NCBI GenBank assembly: GCA_010909165.1
Contig: VJWM01000204.1
Coordinates: forward strand, 186,001 to 250,000
From: Anthoceros angustus
Lineage: Eukaryota > Plantae > Anthocerotophyta
Length of the DNA: 64,000 nucleotides
Direction of reading: 5' to 3'
A program made the translations under genes and the position numbers. Of the stretch, positions 1 through 11,591 are shown in pieces (position 1 is the stretch's first letter; each line of letters starts with the position of its first letter). A model generated the notes under the pieces. The model had not been told where the DNA came from and did not search any database. It saw only the letters and a list, made by a program, of their open reading frames with translations.

Positions 1-1691
1 TGCAATACGCTCTCCAGCTAAAGTCGAATACATCATACCCGGAATAGCTGGGATAAACACATCACTTTCTGTACATACTATCAAATCAACAGCAAGCTCC
101 AGCTGTGTTGTGCCGGTGAGCAGAAATTGATTCTCCTCATTGAAGGGCATACTGTATTCCTGCGGGAGATAGCAGCAGCATGTGAGAAGACAGCCACACC
201 GGGGGTGAGAGGTCAGTGATATAAATAGGACTAAGGGGAGTGCTTGCAGGAGGAGGCACAGGGGACAAACCTTTGTGTGCATATTTGGGAACATCTCTAG
301 TAAAGGATCAAGCATGTCATTCCACTGAGAATTTGTGAGATATATAGCGGTATTCCGGTCGAATCCCAAGTTCTGCAACAGAAGCCCAACCTCCACAGGA
401 GAGAGACACTTCTTCTTCCTCACTTTCCGAGAGTCAAGGTCAGAAGCTCCAAAACTAGTGTTACACTCTCTGCGCTGTAGTGCATCCAGGCGAAGGTCCA
501 CAGCGACGAAGTGTCCACCGAACTCTGCACCAGCTTCCTTGATGCGACTGACGACCCTCTCCCCTAACTTTTGCACCGGGAAGGAGAACCGCAAAGAGTG
601 AAACATTACTAAGCAGCGTACCGCTTGCATAGCCCTATCCTCAACCTGCTGAAACCCTAACGCTGTGGTGAAACCTCTGATAACAATAAGCTGGCGCCGC
701 TCCAGCATGGGCCTCAGATTCTCGTCAATGTACTCAGGCGTCACCCTGACGGGAACTTTGGTAAAGCTGTCCTTGGTAATATTGAGGGTGGCGGGAAGGC
801 GGCCAACCACCCGAACGACGCCCTCCAGGGCAGCAATGAAATGTCGTACGCTGTATATATCCTCGAACTTACTGCAAGTCAGGCCACACACAACAAATCT
901 CAGCCTGGCGGAACTCAAAGTGAGTGCTGGCTGCTCCGAGAGAAAAATGTATTCCAAACTCCACATACCCGCCAGGTTCTTGCAAACCCTCTTTCACAAT
1001 GGGGATCACCAAGGTGGCATTCAACTGGATAGCCACCACCACTGCATCCGCGACCTGCAGGCTTTTATCAAAACTACTCCGATGCCTCCCTCAAGAGACC
1101 GTGCCACAACGCACCAAAGGCAGCAGAAACAAAGCGGTGCTGACAAGCTACCTGCAACTTATGGTTGTGAGGCCCATTCGAGATCTTGACAACAACAAAA
1201 CCCCGGTTTCCAGCAGGCCTCGCCTTCTCTGCGGATCAATGCAAACGCCGACTCAGAATCTGAACCCCAGCCACGCATGGCAGCTCCAACACAGAGTGTT
1301 TCACACACTTACGCTGGATCCGATCGCTCCAACACGGCTCCAGCGCGGGAGCCAGGCCAGCCGAGAAAAGCGTGGTCATGTTTATCCTGCTGGCGGAAGG
1401 CACATCGGCCGCCACATCCTCGGACCGCGAGTTCCACCAATCCGCCGCGGCACCGAGCCTGTCCCTAATCTACACAACCGCAGCCGGCAGAGTGACCACA
1501 TATGGAACCCGAGTCCGGAAGCAGAAGGCGGGAAAAACAGAAACAGTAGGCGCACCAACCTCGGGCTTCTGGTACGCGAACTGCCCGAACGAGACGTTGC
1601 TGGCCATGTTGAGAAGAAGAACTAGGAGTCCTAAAGCCAGGAGAATCCCCATGGCCACCTTCAAGTCCGCCATGGCCGACCGCTTACTCAT
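1..1691 (-). CDS. O-fucosyltransferase-like GT106 protein, MANNAN SYNTHESIS-RELATED (MSR1/2)-like; multi-exon, 3' end lies beyond the window start
   Basis: ATG at 1691 with an N-terminal TM anchor (VAMGILLALGLLVLLLNMA). Spliced minus-strand translation gives KISNGPHNHKLQ|VADAVVVAIQLNATLVIP, KFEDIYSVRHFIAALEGVVRVVGRLP, KVPVRVTPEYIDENLRP, GHFVAVDLRLD and VDLIVCTESDVFIPAIPGMM, which match MSR-type O-FucT motifs. Confidence 0.85.
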
Positions 1692-3446
1692 CTAGACCTA
1701 CTTGCACGCAAGCACTCCCCGGAGCGCTTCCCGCATTCCCCCCTCGTTCCCCTAAAGAATCCGCGCCCCGGCTGGAGGAGCCGCACCGAAGGCGGCAGCG
1801 GCGGGACCAGGGAGTCCATCCCGGGGCTAGCTAGGCGGGGGATTGGAGCTGGAGCGGGCAGATCGGGGGCGAGGCGAGCTCCCTCGCGCCTCTCCTGCGC
1901 ACCTTAGGCCACTCCATGGCGGGGCGGGGCGGGCAGATGCGGGCGCTGCGCACGTGCAGAGGAGCGAGGATCGGTGGGAGCCCGTGCCAGCGGCGGGAGA
2001 GCTCGAGGAGCCGGAGGCGGAGGCGGAGCCAGGGCAGGAAGAAGTGGAGGCGGAGACGAAGGAGGAGAGGGAGGTGGTTGGGCCAGGCCCGTGCGCGAGT
2101 GTGCGAGTGTGCGAGGCCACAGCAGGGCAGCAGCCGGGGCCAAGGGTGACGCGTCGCCTGGTCCTGCAGATCGTGCGGAGTCTCGGCTCGTCTCGGCTCG
2201 GCGAGGCGATCATGCCCAGCCCTCCCCAGATCGAATGTCAGAGGGCGGGAGCGCCAGTGCCTGTGCCAGCGCCAGCGGAAGCAGCGGCCCCCAAACATTC
2301 TAATAAAAAGCCGACTGAGGCGTGACTGCACGAGACGACTCGACTGCGAGTCGACTCGGCTGAACTGGGGGCCGCAGCCGCAGCCTGCAGGTCCGGGACT
2401 CCGGTGCCCCTGCCGGCCCGTGGTGCCGTCCCCCGGGCCTCCCCGTTCCGTTACAATAATAAGCGAATAAGCGTGACGCGTGACAGAGTCAGACAGTTCT
2501 GAGAAAGAGATAGAGATAGAGAGAGAGTGGTACGTGGATTGTGTGTGTATGGGACTCGAGCTGGCGGTTAGCTGTGCCCGTTATGGGCCTCGACCGGCGC
2601 GCCCGCCTGGCTCCTCGCTTGCTCCCCGAATCGTACATACTCTCATCTGCAAGGACGAGTTCCACGCCCCAATGCCAATTTCTTGTACACATGCGGCTGC
2701 AGCTGTGTCATGTCCTATGTCCCTTCTCCCTTCTCCCTTCTCCCTTGTCCCTTATCATGGGGAGTTCCCCTAACGGAACGGCCGCTGCTGCCCGCCTGCT
2801 TTTAACCACCAGCCACGTCCCGCTCCCGCTCCCGCTGCCTTGGCGTCTCCTTATAGGTCACTTGACCGAGCATAGACTCCAAGTCTTTTCTTACCTCGTC
2901 CTATCACCTTCGATTCCCCTCTTCATACTTCTTCTCTTTCACCATTTCCTCCTCCTTCAACTCACTAGGTAGAACACAAGATTGTCATTTAATAAAAACA
3001 TTATGTAAGAATAACGAAATGAGGGTGGGATTGCCTACTCCATTGAAAGGTAAGGGAAGACTCAAAGAGTAAAAACAGAATTTAAGAATATATTTTAAAA
3101 GAAGTATGAATTAAATTGAAATATCTAAACTTACCTCAATCTTCATGCGTACTCCAAGTCTAGAGGGCACACGGCTGCTCCATTCTTATGGACTGTGTCA
3201 TATTTATTGCATGCGTTTGAAAGGCTCGGTGGCCACATGCACACTGTCGCCCTGTTGAGAGATCGAACTGTGTACTGTACTTACATATGTACTTCTACTC
3301 TGTGAGTACGAGCTCGTGAACCTTGGTGATGGTACATGCAAAGAACTCAGTTGCGTTGGGTTCCAAAATTCAAATAAGGACGGTTTGGGTTCGCCGCCGT
3401 CTGTCTATGTACTGTACATGTGTACTTACAGTATGCCTATATGTAC

Positions 3447-3544
3447 ATATCTTCTCGCGGTGAATGCCCTGCGCTTCCTTTGCCAACGTGTACTATTTAT
3501 CATGCCTATATCTTCTCGCGGTAAATGCCCTGCGCTTCCTTTGC
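3447..3544. repeat. Short direct repeat (about 37 bp x2) in TGTAC-rich intergenic DNA
   Basis: tatcttctcgcggt(g/a)aatgccctgcgcttcctttgc occurs at about 3447 and about 3508. Confidence 0.8.
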
Positions 3545-4293
3545 TAGTGCGTACTATGTACATATCTTCATCCTGGTGGTCTGTCTAGATACAGTATGTA
3601 CATGTGACAGTGTACTTATGTATGTACGTGTGTACGCATATAGTATCTCCATTTTCCCTCCAAGTGAGTGCGGCCCCGAATGTGGTGATTTGACCCGAGA
3701 TCTTTTCTCACAACGCGCGCGACACTTTAATTAAAGGGAATATGTACCTTGTCATATGGTCTCAAGCCACGGCAAGAAGTGGGGACGTTGAGACCGTTTT
3801 GACCCATTGCAATTCATAATTATACATTATTCATTTTATCTCATAGAAGACACGGCACCCAATTGCCATACCTCCTTTTAATTTAGCTTATAGATGTGGT
3901 TTTAGACTCTCAAAAAATGGAGGGCGGTGCTATAATTGGGGGCATGGATGGATGGATACATAATCTTTTACATGTTGTATGCAGATCTTGCACACTAGGG
4001 CGTATCAGTTTGTTTTGAAGTTAGAGCCATTATGTAAGACAAATCTATACCGAGTTTGGGAGCAGCTTACAACTTATTAAACCCTAGGATTAGCTATTGT
4101 AATATCAAAACTCTGAAGCAAAGTTCAATCATGAAATTATGGATTGAAAACCCTAAAATACTATGACTCCAATATATATGATTTATTTATTTTTAAATGT
4201 GAGTATCTACCTAATGAGAAAGATGAAGACAGTAGGACCCAAGGAAAAACTTTCCAAATAGGAATTAAAAACATGATTATGATAGCAACACAT

Positions 4294-4350
4294 GAAGAAG
4301 AAGAAGAAGAATTTTATTCAAGTCCTATAGGGATGGTTGAAACCATGAGT
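4294..4350 (-). mobile_element. 3' tail of a non-LTR element (hairpin + AATAAA + (TTC)n)
   Basis: Minus strand reads catggtttcaaccatccctataggacttgAATAAAattcttcttcttcttcttc. The same ggactt-AATAAA-a-(TTC)n end occurs at 37505-37536 and about 38753-38785. Confidence 0.5.
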
Positions 4351-4414
4351 TTGAAACCTTAATCCTATAGGTAATCAAATCCTAATGAAGAGACACATGG
4401 AAGCAAATGAAGCT

Positions 4415-5703
4415 TTATTCAATACAAAACTTAGTTGCCTCAAGGGCATCACTCATCATTGTCTCTGTGTACATTGTATGATTTTCAAGATCTTGATATG
4501 GTACAATGTTAGCTTTAGTCTTCTTTGGTTTCACATATGAGCCGCATAGTAACATATCATTTCTCCAAACACCTTCAAATTTTGCAGAAATTTTGGCATA
4601 ATAATAGACTCCTGGACCTTCTTTGAGATCGTCTATGAAATTTCCTTCATACACATCTCCATTTGCTACGACAGGTGATAAGTTGACTTAAGATATTGGG
4701 TTCACTTGGTACATATAATCTTAATGCAATTATTTGTGGATCATGTAAAATGATAATTAAGTATTTGAGATTAGATAATGCTCACCCATTTTGAGAGATC
4801 CGACTCCATGCCTTTTATTCTCTTTCCATTCCCCATGATATGTTGTATATACACCTGGCGTTCCTGCGAAATATGTTTGCTTCCCAAGGCCATGCCTCAT
4901 TCCTTTTATGAAACTACCATCATATTTTTCACCACACTCTCCCTTTAAAACGCCTTTCCCCTACAACAAAATGAAAGGCATATTTTACACTTCGGTATAA
5001 TGAATAGAAGAGAAACTTCATGTCATGAGCAATAGAGCAATGCTTACTTCAAATAATCCATTCTTCCATTCTCCTCGGTAACGTACACTAAATTTTCCAT
5101 CATCAGTTATCCAAAATATCCCACGTCCTTCCCTTTTTCCGCTTTTCCACTCTCCTTCATATCGATTTCCATTCTTGTATACATGAATCCCAGAACCTAA
5201 AATTTTATAATTTTGTTTTTGAGTGGCATGGAACAACTGAGCAAATTAAAATTAAAATCTTTAATGTGTAAATATGAAATACCAGAATAAGTGATGAGTG
5301 AGCTAACTTACAATTGTCTATGTTGTTGTTCATCCATGATTTGCAGATTGTTTGTATGCTTATGAACTATTAAGGATTGATGATGTAACCTGATAAACTC
5401 ATATATCAACAAATATGTATGATATGTGAAATTGTATGGATTAGCATAAATCATACAAAAAATTCTTACATATAAATTCATGTGCATACTATATTTGTTG
5501 TGCTAAAAACAATTACCATCTCTTTTATTTTGTGCCCAATCTCCGCAATATATGTCGCCTGTGATCCAGTGGATATAGGGTCTAAAACCATTTTTATTTG
5601 CAATTCTATTCATATATTCTGAATGTTTTTCATTTCTTTCAACCACAGGTTCTATAGTCTCAATCTCATTAAGTGTGCCCAAAACACGACCTAGGATATC
5701 CAT
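4415..5703 (-). CDS. MORN3: MORN repeat-containing protein 3-like (flagellar/sperm protein); exons 5703-5517, 5196-5048, 4960-4786, 4665-4415
   Basis: MORN repeats YCGDWAQNKRDG, YEGEWKSGKREGRG, YDGSFIKGMRHGLG, YHGEWKENKRHGVG and YEGNFIDDLKEGPG. N-terminal RIANKNGFRPYIHWITGDIY and C-terminal FEGVWRNDMLLCG resemble the corresponding MORN3 segments. Introns are canonical GT-AG and in phase. The start is uncertain (alternative ATG near 5903). Confidence 0.8.
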
Positions 5704-6189
5704 TGCTGGGGTCTCCAAGATGAGATAGTAAGAAAACTGTTATGAAGATAGTGGGAATGAACACTGCAATCCGTGTAGACATTCGAGTTCCTTTGTTGTC
5801 GAAATAATCCAAGTGGATCGTGCGAAGAAATTTTGCAACGGGCTCTTCCTTTTGTTCCAGGATAGCACTGGCGGCAACACGATCCATGTCAAATCCGGGC
5901 ATGGGGTCTTGGAACAAGAGCTAGCCTAGGGTTACCCGTACGGTTGCTGTAACCGGGGGTTTAACGGCGGACGGACTGAGTCGCATGAGCGGTCGGAGTC
6001 GAACGGCGTTGTCCGAACTGCGTCCATTATGACAACCGAGTACACGCTGTCGGAACTGAGTGGATCCCACGACGGCGGAGCCGGACATTCCCAAGTCGGG
6101 GCTCTTGCGAGAGGCGGGCCCAAATTTGTGTCGCTGGGATGGAGGTGTGATCGGCGGATTTGCAGCTTGTCGGAGCGCGCGGGTTTGCG

Positions 6190-7613
6190 ATGTTGAAATC
6201 CGTGGTGGCGCCGGGCGCGGCCCAGCAGCAACAGCAGCCGCGGGGGCTCGGCTTCCTGCACGGCATTGCGGAATTGAAGCTCGAGGCCAAGGCTCCGGCC
6301 CGGGTGCGATGGCGGCAGGCCGGGAGCGCCCGCCTGGTGGTGCAGTGCGTGGCCGGGGGCTCTGTGCTGGAGCAGCGCCGCTCGCTGCACACCGCCAAGG
6401 ACCGGGTGGACATTCTCGCCGAGGCGCTTCCCTTCATCCAGCGCTTCCAGGACAAGACCGTGGTGGTGAAGTACGGGGGAGCTGCCATGAAGGACAGCTC
6501 GCTCATGGACGGCGTCATCAAGGACCTGGTGCTGCTCTCCTGCGTCGGCCTGCGCCCCGTGCTGGTGCATGGAGGCGGCCCCGAGATCAACACCTGGCTC
6601 ACCAAGCTCGGAATTCAGCCGCAATTCAAGGACGGCCTCCGCGTCACCGACGGACCTACCATGGAGGTTGTGGAGATGGTGCTCGTCGGAAAGGTTAGCG
6701 AGTGCTAGCATGTGGCGGATCTCGGAGGTAGGGCAAGAGGCAGATCGTGGTCTTACATGGAATTTGTGTTTGCAGGTTAACAAGTCCCTGGTGTCCCTGA
6801 TCAACAAGGCCGGAGGGACTGCGATAGGGATGTGCGGGAAGGATGGGAAGCTGATTACGGCCCGCCCGGTCGGTGGCGGTCTGGGATTTGTCGGGGAGAT
6901 TACGTATGTCAACTCTGGAGTTTTGCAGGTAAAGATCAGGATGCTTGTGTGTGTGTTTTGGTTCTGTTTGTTGAATTAGGTGTTGTGTAAGGGATCAGGA
7001 TCAGTGTGTGTTTGTTTTGGTTTGGTTTGTTCAATTTGGTGTTGTAACCTTTGCAGGCAAAATATCAGGATGAGTGTGGTTGGTTTTGATTTGGTTTGTT
7101 CTTGTTCAATTTGGTGTTATAACCTTTGCAGGAAGAGGATCAGGATGAGCGTGCCTGTTTTGTTTTTTCGGTTTGGTTTGTTCGATTTGGTGTTGTAACC
7201 GTGGGAGCCATGCGATGGTGCAGGGCATCTTGCGGGACGGAAATATTCCAGTGATAGCGTCCGTTGCGGCGGACAATGAAGGGCAGGCGTACAATATCAA
7301 TGCAGACACGGCGGCGGGGGAGATTGCTGCTTCATTGGGGGCTGAGAAGGTCATCCTCATGACTGATGTCCCAGGTGTGATGCTCGACAAGAACGACGTT
7401 AGCACTCTGGTGAAGGAGGTGGACATCAAGGGAATCAGGAAGCTGATTGCCGACGGGATTGTGAAAGGAGGCATGATCCCCAAGGTGGAGTGCTGCGTGC
7501 GATCCGTAGCACAAGGTGTGCGAGCTGCGCACATAATCGATGGGAGAGAACCTCATTCTCTCCTGCTGGAGATTTTGACGGATGAAGGGGCGGGCACCAT
7601 GATCACGGGCTGA
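6190..7613 (+). CDS. NAGK: Plastid N-acetylglutamate kinase; exons about 6190-6693, 6777-6928, 7224-7613
   Basis: Transit-peptide-like N-terminus, then [73 protein letters not shown] and [27 protein letters not shown]. Confidence 0.97.
6923..7200 (+). repeat. Degenerate tandem repeat (about 60-75 bp x4) filling NAGK intron 2
   Basis: Unit (ttgcag)g.aa..atcaggatg...ttttggtttggtttgttcaatttggtgttgtaacc starts at about 6923, 6985, 7051 and 7126. Confidence 0.8.
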
Positions 7614-7926
7614 TGATGAGGTCGATGCCAACAATCCTGTTCAAGGACCTTTGCATGCTGCAGTCGGCAAGACTGATGAGGCGATTTCTGGTACAAATTT
7701 TGTTTGTTGGTGCCGGATGAGCTCGAGGATGAACTGCTACAGCCAGTAGGAAACAACTTGTCTGTCCTCAAGACTTGGTAGATTCACGAGCACACGGACT
7801 ACTTGCGTTGCACCTAGAGAGCAGCGGATTCCCTTGAGCTGAGTAGGAGGTGCCGGAAAGGAAAGCCCTAATTCGCAGGGTTTTGCAGGAGCGGACCACG
7901 GGAGCCTTTGAATTTGCTCTCGAGTT

Positions 7927-9135
7927 ATGGGAAGAGTACAGCACGCTCGCATTCCTTCCCTGTTTCTGCGTTTGTGTTGCAGGTCGTTTGCCAGTGCTCT
8001 CAGCGATGGTGGAAGGAAGGCTGGGATTGCGAAGGCGAAGAAGAAGAAGAAGGGAGAGGAAGGAGCGGTGTTGCCTGCGGAAGTGAGGAGATTGCTGAAG
8101 CCTTCCGTCGCAGTGTTCTGGGACCTGGACAACAAGCCCCCGCAGGCCGTGCCGCCTTACGACGCGGCTGTGCGGCTCAAGGATGTGGCGGCAGCCTTCG
8201 GGGAGGTGGTGGACACGGTGGCGTACGCGAATCAGCATGCCTTCTCGCACGTGCCGGGATGGGTGCGGGAGGAGAGGCAGGAGCGGAAGAAGCTGGACGC
8301 GCTGGAGAAAATGGGCGTGGTGAAGGCGGAGCAGCCTTACATCTGCGGCGTGTGCGGGGCCAAGAAGAAAACCAATCTGGAGCTGAAGAAGCACTTCAAG
8401 TCCCTGCACGAGCGGGAGCAGCGGAAGCGGATGAACCGGCTGGACTCGCTCAGGGGCGCCAGGAGGGTGAAGTACCTGGCCTCAGTCGAGGACAAGAGCA
8501 GCAAGTTCAGGAACGCGGCGCGCAGCATCCTGGTGCCCAAGGTGGGCTACGGCCTGGCCCCGGAGCTGCGCAGGGCGGGGTTCTTGGTCAGGACTGTGGC
8601 GGACGAGCCGCAGGCCGCGGATATGGCTCTGAAGCGGCACATGCGCAGGGCCATCGAGAAAGGCGTGAACTGCATCTGCCTCGTCTCGGACGACTCGGAT
8701 TTCGCAGCCGTGCTGAATTCGGCGCGGCAGCAGGACCTGCACACGGTTGTGGTGGGGGAGACGAAGGTCCTGCGGAGGAACGCGGACGTGTGGTTCTCCT
8801 GGCAGGACGTCGCCTCCGGCGCGGCCCTGGCCGCGGCCAACGAGACCCACCAGGACTGGATGGCGGATGCGGGAATTCTAGGGGGGTTGTTTGATTTGGG
8901 GGACCATGGGGAGGTCGGGGGCTCGTTTCTGGACCAGGTTGATCCGCTGGGGCTTGGTGGGCTGTATTCCTCCTCCGACGACGAGGCTGACGCGGTCGGA
9001 CTCGGAGCTGAGGCCGAGGCCAGTGATGACGATCTTGATTCGGCGTCTGCTGCTTCCTGTCGCCCTCGGAGGGCCCGGGAGGAGGAATTTTTTTTTCATG
9101 ATTCTTCTTCTGAAGAAGATGATGAAGCTGGTTGA
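7927..9135 (+). CDS. NYN-domain protein with C2H2 zinc finger (conserved plant family), intronless
   Basis: VAVFWDLDNKPP and CLVSDDSDF (NYN/PIN-like acidic motifs), YICGVCG..KKHFKSLH zinc finger, acidic tail; 402-aa ORF. Confidence 0.88.
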   Translation: MGRVQHARIPSLFLRLCCRSFASALSDGGRKAGIAKAKKKKKGEEGAVLPAEVRRLLKPSVAVFWDLDNKPPQAVPPYDAAVRLKDVAAAFGEVVDTVAYANQHAFSHVPGWVREERQERKKLDALEKMGVVKAEQPYICGVCGAKKKTNLELKKHFKSLHEREQRKRMNRLDSLRGARRVKYLASVEDKSSKFRNAARSILVPKVGYGLAPELRRAGFLVRTVADEPQAADMALKRHMRRAIEKGVNCICLVSDDSDFAAVLNSARQQDLHTVVVGETKVLRRNADVWFSWQDVASGAALAAANETHQDWMADAGILGGLFDLGDHGEVGGSFLDQVDPLGLGGLYSSSDDEADAVGLGAEAEASDDDLDSASAASCRPRRAREEEFFFHDSSSEEDDEAG

Positions 9136-9866
9136 GGTTTGGAGGGAGAGGTTGGTGCTGCAGTTGGTGGTGGATCATGTTCAGGGCCAGGGCTGCTGGA
9201 CGACTGTTCACCTGCAAGAGCTGCTGGAATCCGGGATGGTCCCGCCGGATAGGACGGCACCGGGGATTTTTGCCTATCGGAAGGAACAGCATGGAGCATA
9301 TCCCCGAGGTGACCAGGCTCGAGGTGATTAGTCAACCTCGTGCAGCTTCGGAGTCTCCCGCGATGTATGTGCATACATGGCGTGTTGGAAGGTCGTATCT
9401 ATTTGTACGACGGATGCCTGGTGTAGGAGTGGGTAAACACGTTTTGGGGTGAAACAGCAAACGCAACGCTGATTCTTCTAGCCTGTTCTGGGATTTGCGC
9501 GATTGTGGAAATCGTCCTTGTCAGAGTCCAGTTCATTTTTTTTTGGGACGTAGCCCGCCTGAGTGTTCGTACGTCAGGCTTGGCAGTGAAGTTTGCATGT
9601 ACCACCAAATCGTGGCTCTGGTTGGTGGGGCGGTGGATTGACAGCAGTGGATTGTTTGGCGGATCCTATTGCCGGACCAAAAATCCGCAGTTTGGATGGC
9701 GGCTGGATTGTGTGGGCGGGAATGAGGAAAAGGCCCGAATTGTTCTGCTGCCGTCCTTCGTTGCTAAGGCTGGAAGGAAAGGAAGGAAGGAGCCTGGCTG
9801 CTCCTTGCGGAAGGAGGTGTCGCTGGTGAGTTTTGCAGGAGATGATAGGCAGAAGCTGCTCCAGCA

Positions 9867-11591
9867 ATGATGCATGGTGGGTCGCCTCTGCGGAAGCTGG
9901 AGGTGCTGGAAGCTCTTGACAAGGCTAAGACGCAGTGGTACCACTTCACCACCATCATCGTCGCGGGAGCTGGATTTTCACCGATGCCTACGACTTGTTC
10001 TGCATCTCCACCGTCACCAGCTTGCTGGGGCGGATCTACTACTCCCAGCCAGCGACAGGGAAGCCCGGAGTGCTGCCCATCAACGTCCTGGCGGCTGTGA
10101 ATGCGGTGGCGCTGTGTGGGACCTTGGTGGGCAATTTGGTGTTCGGCTGGCTCGGGGACAAGATTGGCAGGAGGACGGTGTATGGCTGGACCTTGACTCT
10201 CATGATCGTCTGCTCTATTGGGGAGTGGCATCTCCTTCGGCAGCACGGCCAAGTCTGTCATGGCTACCATCTGTTTTTCCGCTGGGCTTCGGTATCGGAG
10301 GGGACTACCCACTGTCCGCCACCATCATGTCGGAGTACTCCAACATCAGGACCCGTGGCGCCTTCATCGCTGCCGTGTTTGCAATGCAGGGGTTCGGCAT
10401 CCTGTCTGGGGCGACAGTCGGCATCGTCGTGTCCTCGATTTTCATGCACGCTTACCCGAGGGGCCCGTTTCTGGAGGATCCTACTGTTCCTCCCCAAGCG
10501 GATTATGTGTGGAGGATCATCCTGATGCTGGGCGCTGTGCCTGCTGCCGTCACCTGTACTACAGGCTGAGGCTGCCCGAGACAGCTCGGTACACTGCTTT
10601 GGTGCAAGGGGATATAGATAAAGCTGGAGCTGACATGCTGGCAGGAAAGATGGTGGATGTGCAGCACACTGCTCGAGGCACGGGGATGGAGAACTGGAAG
10701 CCTCGGATTCCGCGTTTCTTCTCCATGGAGTTCGCTGCGCAGCATGGTTGGCAGTTGCTCGCCACTGCCAGTTGCTGGTTTCTGTTGGACGTGTCCTTCT
10801 TCAGTCAGAACCTGTTCCAGAAGGACATCTTCATTGCTGTAGGTTGGCTGCCTCCTCCCGCGGACATGAGCGCATTGGAGGAGCTGTTCAGGATCAGCCG
10901 AGCTTCCGCACTCATTGCGCTGTGCGCAACCATTCCTGGCTACTGGGTGACGGTGTTCACTGTCGAGTGGTTGGGTCGTCGTTTCGTGCAGATGCAAGGA
11001 TTCTTCTTCATGGCGGTCTTCATGCTCATCATCGCACTGGAATTCCAGCATTTCCGCGGCTATAGATGCCCTGCATCAGAGGTTTTCAAGTCTGGGGAAT
11101 ACTGCGGAGGCAACCATGTTGGCTTCGTCCTCCTGTATGCGGTCATCTTCTGTCCTAATTCCACCACCTTCATCATCCCTGCCGAGCTGTTTCCTGCTAG
11201 CCTGCGGGCCACTTGTTTCGGGATGTCTGCAGCTGCTGGGAAGCTGGGTGCCATTGTAGGGGCCTTCGGATTTCTCTACGCAAGACAGGCAAGGTCCAAG
11301 CACGACCCTGATGCAGAAGCAGGATACCCTGCAGGCATTGGTGTCAAGCTAGCATATGTGATGTTGGCAGGGGTGAATGTCTTGGGCTTCCTGGTGACTG
11401 CGTTATTGACGCCGGAGACCAAAGGCAAGTCCCTGGAAGCTATGTCTCGTGACCTACACGTTGACGTCGGACGCACCGAAGACAGGATGCCACTTTCGGA
11501 GGAGTTTGACCCTTCGGAGGAAATGAGACAGGCCCAGCAAGTTCCACGGTCCCCCGGCCTCAGGAAAGTGCAGGTGTACAGTATGATATGA
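9867..11591 (+). pseudogene. PHT1: PHT1-family phosphate:H+ symporter, disrupted by about 4 frameshifts and short deletions
   Basis: [46 protein letters not shown], the [16 protein letters not shown] signature, PETARYTALV, PNSTTFIIPAELFP and PETKGKSLE are spread over three frames (shifts near 9975, 10219, 10280, 10553). Confidence 0.85.

Noticed and set aside
652-660. Telomere-like AAACCCTAA motifs (also near 4148 and 46998)
   Set aside because: Isolated single units (telo-boxes or chance), not interstitial telomere arrays.
1827-2331. Overlapping 80-166 aa ORFs on both strands
   Set aside because: GC-rich low-complexity sequence upstream of the MSR-like gene with no domain; probably 5' UTR or promoter.
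5932-6912. 326-aa antisense ORF over NAGK, with similar shadows over the NYN, TEDC1 and HRGP genes
   Set aside because: Expected shadow ORFs of GC3-rich coding sequence.
6190-7613. Bacterial argB or horizontal transfer
   Set aside because: Transit peptide and spliceosomal introns indicate an ordinary nuclear-encoded plastid NAGK.
9132-9452. ORF immediately after the NYN gene
   Set aside because: Non-ATG start and no recognisable motif; likely 3' UTR.
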